This document shows positions 38,710-48,075 of a stretch of DNA of 64,000 bases, one piece after another. Where the stretch lies: contig NW_027117339.1 of the NCBI RefSeq assembly GCF_038025025.1, forward strand, positions 930,001 to 994,000. Reading direction: 5' to 3'. This DNA comes from Phyllosticta citribraziliensis (taxonomy: Eukaryota). The notes beneath the pieces were generated by a model. It did no database searches, had not been told where the DNA came from, and worked only from the letters and a program-made list of their open reading frames with translations. Position numbers and translations under genes: made by a program. How positions within the stretch are numbered: position 1 is the stretch's first letter; every line of letters begins with the position of its first letter.

Positions 38710-40490
38710 CGCCTTGCCACTGCATCCAGATTCAATTGAGCCTTTCCCTCATTCGGGGCTTCGGATTCTTTAGCTTTCCGAGCAACATGAATACCTAACC
38801 ACCCATCGAGGGAATGCGCACACCGCAATAACCAATGCCTATCAACAACTCGCTTGCTGATCAGTGATGCTACCAATGTCCTCAGCTGTGGTTGCCAGAG
38901 GCGTACGTGACTTCTCTCCTGAAACTGAGACTACTTCTAAGCCATTATAGCAGCCTGCTTCTTGAAAGCATTCATCCTCTCCGACTCCTCGACTGTGAGT
39001 TGCTTGACGTGATTCGACTGAAAACAGACTGGAGACGCGGAAACAATCCAGCAAATACGTAGGCCATAATCCACATCCCACAACAGTCTTTTCACTCTCA
39101 CTCCCATCCTCACTCCATTCAATTCACTAACCCAACTCCTCTTCGAGACGAGGCCCCGACTATGCCCTGACAAGCCATGAGCGCGGCTCGGCCACCGAGC
39201 ACGCCTCGCGTCCCAGGAAGCTCCCTGCGGCCCAGCCCGGCACTTTTAGAGTTGCCTTACCTAGCCGGCAAACACCGTGTCTGATGTCATCGCTCTTGGC
39301 CCGCACACAGCGCAGTTGAACCAGGGCAGCGTACCGCAAGTGAATGATTTGCTTGCGTGCGTCTCCATGGGAAGAGAAGACCATGTAAATCCAGTCAATC
39401 GAAGTGTGCGCCGCGCGCTCGCAGCACAGCGAACTAAAACCGCCGAACAGCTGAGCTACCTAGCTAGCTAGCTGAGCGGCGGCCAGCGTCCGAGGTCCTC
39501 TCCGCATTTGGAGCAAAACAAGGGCAAACGCAAGAGCTCGCGTACGTACTCGAGAGCCGCTCGCGCCAACGACTGTACATCATGGCCAACACACACACAA
39601 GTCAGTCAGGCAGACCAGGATTTGGCTTTCTCCGACCACTTGCTACGAACGAAGTTGGTTCGAGCAGACCATTTGAAGGCGTTGGTTGGTTCGCCGACTC
39701 CTTTTGGGATCGCGACCACCCCCGGTGAGGTGGCCGTAAAAAGTAAAAAGGGTACGTATACGGTTTGGGCTTGGCCCGGCTCGGCTCGGCGCGCTTGGGT
39801 TCGCGGTTGCTGTTGGTTGACTGTTGGTTGGTAAGGCTTGGGTAAGCGTGTGTGTTTGCGTTTTTTGGTGGTGTGCCAGGGAAATGGTTTTGGGAAGGGT
39901 GGGTTAGACTCTTTTGCGTTTTGCGCTGCTGTTTCGATGATGGATGTCGTTATTTCTGCCCTCCTTGTCTGTGCGCTGGAGGGGTGATTGTGAGCGGATA
40001 ATCGAATGGGAAGCCAAGTCTGCTGTCATAAATTTGGAAGTGGTCGGGGTGATGTTGCTCATCGTCAAGTTGTGGAGTCCCGGATACCTGGTGATCGTGC
40101 TGGTGTCTTCCAGGGTCCTCTTTCTTGGCTTCACATGCGTCCCTCCCGTTTATCCTTCTTCCTAACCGTGGTCCGCTCGAGTCAGCCGTAACCACATACA
40201 ACGTTTTCCCCTGGTCAAGGCAAGCAATTACTTTGTGAAGTTGGACGGTAGGATCATGGCATCGCCAATGCGAACCAATTCAGAGCTTCGTAGTTAGATG
40301 GAGCAAGTTGAAGTCGACTGGACAGCATGCGGATCTTACCAGCCGTTCAACCCCTCGCATGGTATGGAGATTGGCGAACGATGGTAGGTAGGTAGAGGAA
40401 AGAGATAGACAAATGTTGGCGGATGCGGCTCAGACCGTGTATTTCGTACAGACAGACAATCTCTAGTCTGGCGGACGGGCCAAGGCAGTG
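38710..40490 (-). ncRNA. Candidate large structured non-coding RNA (telomerase RNA-like); boundaries approximate
   Basis: No credible ORF. More than 10 colinear helices pair 39985-40486 with 38711-39130. Internal G-U-rich helices, CUAACCC at 39901-39907 and tandem U-tracts at 39736-39753. Confidence 0.6.
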
Positions 40491-41637
40491 ACCGACAGCT
40501 GGGCAAGGTTGCGCGACTTTTAAAAGGCGATCTCGATGAGAAACATGGTGGAATGCCAGTTGACTGGGTTTAAGTCATCAATTACCGTCCGGACTGTCGA
40601 ATCCTCGGTTTCGGTTGGCGAAAGCTATAGTGCTGCTGGTCTTTGTTGGGGGGAGGACGACATGGGCACTGTTAAGCGGTCCGCATCTTTAAGCCATGCT
40701 GCGTGGACGGGGGTTAGCAGAATCTAGAACATGGACCAGCGTCAAAGGGCAAGTCACGGGTGGAGCAGCTCGTCCTAGATAACGCAACGGAGACAGCCGT
40801 GAACAAATGGAAAGGTTCCAAAATCTCAAAAGGATTTCTAGTATGGCAAGCTACACCGAGAAATTCCTCACAAGTGCACGAGCCTAAACCCCCTAGCGAC
40901 CGGCAGAGATGACTCAACAAACGTTGAACACAAAATGGAGAACAATGGGCTGCATGTAAGAAAGCAAAGTGCCGGCCAGTTGATACACGTTACTGCTGTT
41001 TTCCCCCCAATGCTCGTAGTAGTGATTTGTTCGTTCCAAAATGCGCCCTTCCTCATGCATGCATCCATGCACACGGCCGTGGTTCTAGCTGGCGGCGTTA
41101 CTGCTGCAGTCTCCGCCGCCCCATTGTGCGCCGTCCCAAACCCGACATGCTGATTGAACGACAAAGGCAGAAGAAAACTAAAGAGAAACAATGCCATGGG
41201 TTTGCAGTTGCACAGAAAACAGGAACTCGCTTATGAATGAGCACGAAGCTTGCCAAGAGCATGCAGGGACGTCAGTTGACGAACGAATGACCAATTCGTC
41301 GAAGGAGGAAAAAACAAAAATAAGAAAAAAGGGTCTAGCAATTGGATCGTCGATATGTCGAGGCTGACATCCAGAAAGACGGAAAAGGTGAAACAGAAGG
41401 AGAAGTGGATGAATTGATACGAGGCAAAAAGAATCGCAGGCCAGTCTTGCAATTCGAGGTTGTCGGTCGATGAAGTCCGGGTGGGGGGTATCTTAATAAG
41501 CAACGGAACGTTTTCCCGTCACTTTTTGGACGACGTGTCTTGCTGCACGAGTGGGGCCATTTCGTACATGTTACAAGGTACATGGCCAGTTTCCAGACAA
41601 TTTGCCGGCATGAGAGCCGCGCCTCTTGCAACGTTTC

Positions 41638-43087
41638 TCAATCAGACTTGGACTGAAAGTGTGGTAGCTTGGCCGGGATGAAATCTCCCTCCTGCCCCTG
41701 CGACTCGCTTCGCTGTCGCGGCGTGCTGGCGCGAGGGCGTCTACCTGCACCTGTAGGCGAACCAGCATTCAAATCTTGGTGGGATTCAAAGGTTGGGAAG
41801 GGCACTGCAGCTGGCGACTGAGGCATTGAGTGCGGAGACGCCGGTTCGTGGCGAATGGCGGTTCTCGGGGAAGAGGGAGTAGGTGACGAAGTTGGGAATT
41901 TGCCTTCAGAAGCGGTCTAGAACACAATTTTAGCGTCTTTTCCTACGTGTACGGGTTGCTTTGGGAAATCTTCGACGCACCACAGGATCATCAGCCTTGA
42001 GACCGCGCTTAAGGGCAAGGGTCATGGCAGCGTCGCGCTTTCTTTCAACAACCTCTTCCTCTTGCTGCTGTACGCGGGCTTCCTCCAATTTTAGGTCAGA
42101 CATGGATGCGACCTCTGATAGACCAGCATCAGTCTGCTTGTCGTCAACTGGGGGTGCTACGGCCGATTTTCTTCGCGACTCGGCTGTGCTCTTGGAGGAA
42201 ACGGTCCTGGTGGATATGCGTGAACCATGCGACATTCTTCCCAGAAGGGCTTTTGTGCTGCTGTTGCTGTGATCATCGTGCCCCACACCCGTGTTGCGGC
42301 GTTCCAGAACCAATGAGAACTCGTCATCTATGGGCACAGCATCATCGAGCTCGTCCTCACTCGGCAGTATGTCACCACGGGAACTCAGCGAATCCGCTGT
42401 GTGACCCGAGCCGGTAGTCCTGCTTCTTTTTCGCCTTCCCGAATTAAAATATTCGGGATACTCGTCAGCATCTTCGATCAATGGCTCCTCTTCCTCGATG
42501 GACCTGCGAGCTTGGCCTGGATGGTCCTGCAAGTCCGCAGCAGAGGGCTTGTATCTCAAGGCCCGGCCTCCAACCTTCCAAGGCAGCCTCGACAAGAAAC
42601 CAAAGTATGAACTCGTCGGTATCAGAGTGGGATCCGGGCCTCCATCGTGAGGGGGGACGGCACTCTTCCTGCGTCCATGGTTGGTCTTGTCGCCTCTGCG
42701 CGCTCCGTAGCTCATTGCGCGCTGGCGACCAGGTTGCGATTGAGTCGAGGTGCCCTGGCCGGCCAACAGGCGGTCAAACTCGCTGTTCCCACGCCCAAAA
42801 GGTTCATCGTCATCATCGTCGTTGTCCCAATCGTCGTAAAAGTCAAAATTGAGTTCGGCGCGACCACGCCCGCGTCCTCTGCGGCGGCGCAAGCGACCCT
42901 CGGCGGAGCCAAAGCACGGCTGCCAGCAGGCTTGAAAGCAGCTGCTGGCGGAGTTGACGCACGGGTGGACGTAGTTTTGCGAGAAGGTGTAGATGCCCTC
43001 CTGGGCGGCCTCGTTGGCTGACTCGATGTTGTGGGAGAGCTCGTCCAGAGTGCGCCGGAAACGCGGGTCATTACGATTTCGATACAT
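41638..43087 (-). CDS. Conserved fungal hypothetical protein
   Basis: Long ORF with RRRRGRGRGRAELNFDFYDDWD, LRYKPSAADLQDHPG and SSRGDILPSEDELDDAVPIDDEF. Intron 41917-41980 links in frame to a last exon ending FIPAKLPHFQSKSD*. Confidence 0.8.
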
Positions 43088-43713
43088 GATTGCGGGCAAC
43101 CGAAGGCTTAGCTGGCAGAGGTTAATTCGCGGGCGTTGAGCCGGGACGAGTGGGTCTGGGATGCCTCCTGCGACGCCTCATGGACAGCGCGAGGTCGCCC
43201 GACCGAGGGGCGTGCTGGTTGGGACTGGACAGGGCGGAGTTGACGATGGAGCGATAGCAGAGGGTTAAGAAACGTCGTTGGACTGGGGAGAAGGCACAAG
43301 CCGACGCAAAGGGACCAAAGGGCTGAGAACAAGCACCGGGTCTTGGGACGACGTCAGCGCGAGCGGAGGCGGAACGATTCTCCGCCGCCGCTTAGTCATT
43401 AATTACGGACGGACCCTCCATGTCCCCTTCGAGCTGTCTTCCCCTTCATGCCACAGCAGAGTGCGCGCGTCTGCGCGTGGCTTGATGCGTACACACACAG
43501 CATGCAGCGCGATCGCATCTCGATGGCCGTAGGTTTTCAGCAGGGGATGGAGGCCCCCATTGCAGTCGATCTGCCGCCAGATGTCATGATGCTCAATGTC
43601 GCCCTCCGTTACCGACTGTCCTGACAAGTCGCTCCGTTTCGCACTTAACGCCAGGCTCTCGCCATGCTGCAAGTCGCCGACTTATCCCCTCCACCTACCT
43701 TTGCTGCTCCACC

Positions 43714-44883
43714 ATGAGGTACATTCGCTTTCTCAAGGTCCCCAAAGGCGATTCCAAGTCCATTTCCTGCGTCATCACCATCACCTCGGACTTGGGCCAT
43801 AGTTTTCTCGCCGAAGATGTCGCCTTGTCTGCCACGCTACAATCACCCAAGGACCGCGGCGACATATTCCTCCGCAAGAGCTTCGCATGGACTGCTGGCA
43901 TGCGCGCACTCCCGGTGACGTTCGACCTGCGGCACTGTGACCTCGACTGGCCCGTTGTGGTCCATGTCGGACCTAAAGGTCAACTAGCAGACTACTTTGA
44001 GACGCAATTGACCGGTGCTGAGCTGCCTGCCGTCATTTCGGTTCTGAGCTCGCCGCTCCACTTCCCGGGGGGCATCTATGAGGCAGAGAAGAAGGTCCAA
44101 CGCCGCTTGGTGCCCCTCAGCAACAGGCCGCTGAAGATATGGGAAGAGACGGGCGAGAGCATTGCGCGGCACATTTGGTGTGTCGAGTTGCCGCCCGTGA
44201 TGGCCATCAAGCTAACAAACCCTAGGGATGCTGGCGTGGGTCTAGCAGCCTTTTTCGACAAGATTGTAGCCATGCAGTTCGAAAGCTCGCCTCTGCTCGT
44301 CTCGACGCTAAGCTCAGCGTCGTACAGGAAACTAAACGTGTTAGAATTAGGCTGCGGGTGCGGCATCGTGGGTATCAGCTTGGCGCAGATTATCCCCGAC
44401 TGCCACGTGTGGATGACGGACCTGCCAGAGGCGCGAGAGATTGCCCAAAAGAACATCAGCACGATGAATCCAGCCATGGCCTCGTCGGCGAGGTTCGAGA
44501 CACTGGATTGGGACAAGCCTCTGCCGCAAGTCATTGAACACCAAGTCTACGACATGATTGTTGTTTCGGACTGCACATACAATCCGGACTCGAGCCCGGC
44601 GCTCGTCAAGACACTGCTGGCACTGGTGGCGCGATCACCAAAGGCGATTGTGGTTCTGGCCATGAAGGTCCGGCATGAAAGCGAGGCCATTTTCTTTGAG
44701 CTTATGGCCAAGGCTGGTTTCCTTACAGCGACAACGGCGTGGCAGCCACTGCCATGCGAGGAGACGGACTACGACTCGGCCACCAAGGTCGACATTTACA
44801 TTTTCCACTACAAGACGCGGCCCAAGACGGCCGCACCACCGTTTTTCATGGTCGATGGATCGGTTGAGTTCTGGCAGAAATGA
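43714..44883 (+). CDS. SAM-dependent methyltransferase, family 16 (protein lysine methyltransferase-like)
   Basis: IWEETGESIARHIW|DAG, VLELGCGCGIVG, TDLPEA and DMIVVSDCTYNPDS motifs. 48-nt intron at 44178-44225. Confidence 0.85.
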   Translation: MRYIRFLKVPKGDSKSISCVITITSDLGHSFLAEDVALSATLQSPKDRGDIFLRKSFAWTAGMRALPVTFDLRHCDLDWPVVVHVGPKGQLADYFETQLTGAELPAVISVLSSPLHFPGGIYEAEKKVQRRLVPLSNRPLKIWEETGESIARHIWCVELPPVMAIKLTNPRDAGVGLAAFFDKIVAMQFESSPLLVSTLSSASYRKLNVLELGCGCGIVGISLAQIIPDCHVWMTDLPEAREIAQKNISTMNPAMASSARFETLDWDKPLPQVIEHQVYDMIVVSDCTYNPDSSPALVKTLLALVARSPKAIVVLAMKVRHESEAIFFELMAKAGFLTATTAWQPLPCEETDYDSATKVDIYIFHYKTRPKTAAPPFFMVDGSVEFWQK

Positions 44884-44914
44884 GGAGGAGGAGGAGGAGG
44901 AGGAGGAGGAGGAG
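44882..44914. repeat. (GAG)n microsatellite starting at the methyltransferase stop codon
   Basis: About 11 copies, read directly. Confidence 0.93.
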
Positions 44915-45724
44915 GCAGGCATTTACACGACGATTCCCGGAAGCCATTTAGTGTTTCCACCAGCAAGAGTAATGCAGACGATGCGTACACGAGGAGTGCA
45001 ACATGCGACTGTAGCGTGAGAGGGAGAGATTCCACTAGGCTGGCTGGCTGGCGGGGGGGTCTAAGGTTGCACAGTGGGACTGGAGCCAATGCAGGGGAAG
45101 ACGTGGAGGAGGGGGAGGGGGAGGGGCATGTCGTGAATGTACATAGATACATAAATATACTGTACAGGTGGTTACATGACGGTGGGGTTTAGAAGTTGTC
45201 GGTGGTGATTGGCCGGGGCCCGACTGCGGTATTTTCTGCCCTGGCGGCAGGCACCTTCCCTCTCTTTCGTCACCGCGCCGCGCCGCAGGCAGGCACGGAG
45301 CTTAACCACAGCCGACTCAAAATTCCACCCGCTGACTTGTTCCACCTCCCTCCGTCCAGGTCGCATCTCCTTCCCCTCGACCCCATCGTCCCCTCGTGTC
45401 CTGTCCCTCGAGACATACCCTCCGACACGCGTCGCCATCGCTCGCCCATCATCCTCTTAGTCCAGCCCAGTCCAGTCTCGTCAGAGTCCTTCGCTCCGGT
45501 TCGTCACAGTTCTTCCTTCCCCGCGTCAGGTCGCCTGCCTCTGCCACATGCACCTGCTCCTACTCCATCCTCCCGCCACTTGCTCCAACTCGGCCCAAGC
45601 TGACCACCCTCGCCGTCTCTGCAGACGACCTGAATCATCTACAGGCTCGACTTCGCCTTTGGTCTTCTCAAAGGCACCGCCTACACGACGGCCCGCACGG
45701 CCTCTGCATCCGTCGCTCTTCAAA

Positions 45725-45964
45725 TTGTCTCTCGCCCTCAAAACAAGGACACCCTCAACAACCTGCCGCCACCTTCTGCTGAAGTCCGCGTCTGAACTCG
45801 AGCGTTTGATTTTTGACCTAAATCAAACCTCCTCCCCCGAATTCCCGCCACCTCAGCTGCCGCATAGGACGCTCTCTGTGGTTCTTCCTCTCCAGGAGGA
45901 AGAGTCAAGGAGGCCTCGCCTGTCAACCCTTGGTCTCGGATTCGAGCCTTTCAGACCCCCTTAA
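45725..45964 (+). promoter_or_regulatory. Non-AUG (UUG) upstream ORF / uCC in the ODC 5' leader, 79 aa ending ...GFEPFRPP*
   Basis: TTG in strong initiation context (TTCAAA-TTG-TCT), open to TAA at 45964, 47 nt before the ODC ATG. No AUG between 45625 and 46011. Confidence 0.7.
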
Positions 45965-46011
45965 CACGAGTTTCGCGCACGCGCCTTTACCCTCTTCGAC
46001 ACCAGGACCGA

Positions 46012-47492
46012 ATGTCCCTGGTTATGGCACCTTCTGCTATCACCACCGAGCAGTACACACCGTTGTCAATCAAATCCATCACACCGGTTGAACGCAACGC
46101 GGTCGATAATCATGGCGTCAAACATGCCAAGGCACTGATTGGTGAAGCCTTTAAGAATCGCGTCGAGACTCTGGATCATGACAATTGCGAAGCGGGGGAG
46201 GAAGATGCCTTTTTCGTGGCTGACATGGGCGAGGTCTACCGCCAGCACCTCCGTTGGAAGATGAATTTGAAGCGCGTCAAGCCTCATTATGGTAAGTCTG
46301 TTTGCAGAATGCAAAGACACGCCGGAGGGAAGGCCGAAGCCGTTTGGGTTTCATGTCGCGCAGTGGCTTAGCCAGCTGTTTCCTCTCAGAGTTGAAGCTG
46401 ACAAGCCACACAGCCGTCAAATGCAACCCGGACCCCCAGGTCATTCGCCTCCTGGCCGAACTGGGCACTGGTTTCGATTGTGCTTCCAAGTCCGAGATCG
46501 AGCAGGTGCTCAAAATGGGCATTGACCCTTCGCGCATCATCTACGCGCAGCCTTGCAAGACCAAGTCCTATGTGCGCTATGCGGCTCAGCACGGCGTCAA
46601 GCAGATGACTTTTGACAACGCCGACGAGTTGTACAAGACCAAGCAGCTATTCCCAGACGCTGAGCTGTACCTGCGCATCTCCACGGACGACTCAGCTAGT
46701 CTTTGCCGACTCAGCCTCAAATTCGGCGCCTCCATGGATTCCACGAAAGATCTCCTCGAACTTGCCAACCAGCTAGAACTCAACGTTGTTGGCGTGGCCT
46801 TTCACGTTGGCTCGGGAGCATCCGACCCACAGGCTTTCCTTCGCGCTGTCCAGGATGCCCGTCTCGTCTTTGATCAGGCCGAGGAACTTGGGTTCAATAT
46901 GCACACGCTGGATGTTGGCGGTGGATTCTGCAGCGAGTCCTTCGAAGACATGTCAGCCGTGTTGTCCGAGGCTTTGGACGAGTACTTCCCTCCCCAGATC
47001 CGCGTCATTGGCGAACCTGGCCGCTTCTATGTCTCCAATGCCTTTAGCATCGCATGCAACGTCATTGCTCGCCGTACCGTCTATGATGCCGAGCTTGGCA
47101 CCACCAGCTACATGCTCTATCTCAATGACGGCGTGTACGGCAATTTCTCGTGCATCATGTTCGACCACCAGCACCCTGTTCCGCGCATTCTCAAGACCGG
47201 CGACCGCTTCTTGCACAATGCCGAGATGGACAGCGAGTATGACGTTTCTGCCGCTGTGACCGCACATCCCCCCATCGAGTACTCAATCTGGGGCCCTACT
47301 TGCGACGGGATAGACTGCATCGCAGAGAGCGCAACGTTTGCCGAGACTCTTGACGTTGGCGACTGGCTTTACTTTGAGAACATGGGGGCGTACACCAAGT
47401 GCTCGGCCACGCGCTTCAATGGGTTTCCCGATGCCCACGAGACGGTGTACGTGTCCAGCGAGCCGGGTGCCAGCGCTCTGCTCGGTCTCTAA
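46012..47492 (+). CDS. SPE1: Ornithine decarboxylase
   Basis: PHY|AVKCN (PLP lysine), GFDCAS, FHVGSG, LDVGGGF, EPGRF, WGPTCDGID and MGAYT motifs. Intron 46292-46413. Confidence 0.96.
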
Positions 47493-48075
47493 TTTTGAGC
47501 ATCTCTCAAGGCGCACAAGGCATGGACCTATAGACGGAGGAGACAGATGAGTTTGGCAGTCATACACCTCATCGAGCACACGTGTTGTTTTGCTTTTTGG
47601 CTTTGCGCACTGTGTCCTTGGCCTGCAACAGTTGGAATCATTGCTGGTCAATTTTTTGGGGGGGGGTTTTTTTCCTGCGTAACGTAATCTTTACGGCGAT
47701 GAGGACTCACGTCTCACGTTTAATCTCAGAAAAACGGGTGGCGCCGCCAAGTCTACCACTTGCTGCCTTTGGCTTTGCTCCTCTTCTGATAGACAACAGA
47801 GTAGGCATTGCCATGTTTTTGTTGGATTACTCAATTCTCATTATCTTCGTGCAGTCAATACAAATGCAGATCTGGGGTTGAACGTCCGCTCCGTCCCGTA
47901 CCCAGGTAACCACCTAGGTATCCAAACGCCCAACGCCGTGCACATCCCTTGGTTGTAAGACTACCATGGTTCGCTGAGCTGTCAACTCCCAAAGACCGTC
48001 TACGTCTTCGTTCCATCTCGCCTCCCCTGGCAGCCTTTCCCCCTCCACCAACCACACACTCACTCGCCAGCCCAG

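Noticed and set aside
38935..38960. GCTATAATGGCT (minus strand) resembling the fungal SRP RNA 5' end
   Set aside because: Imperfect match, and no SRP helix-8 motif downstream. RNase P/MRP P4 motifs were also not seen in this interval.
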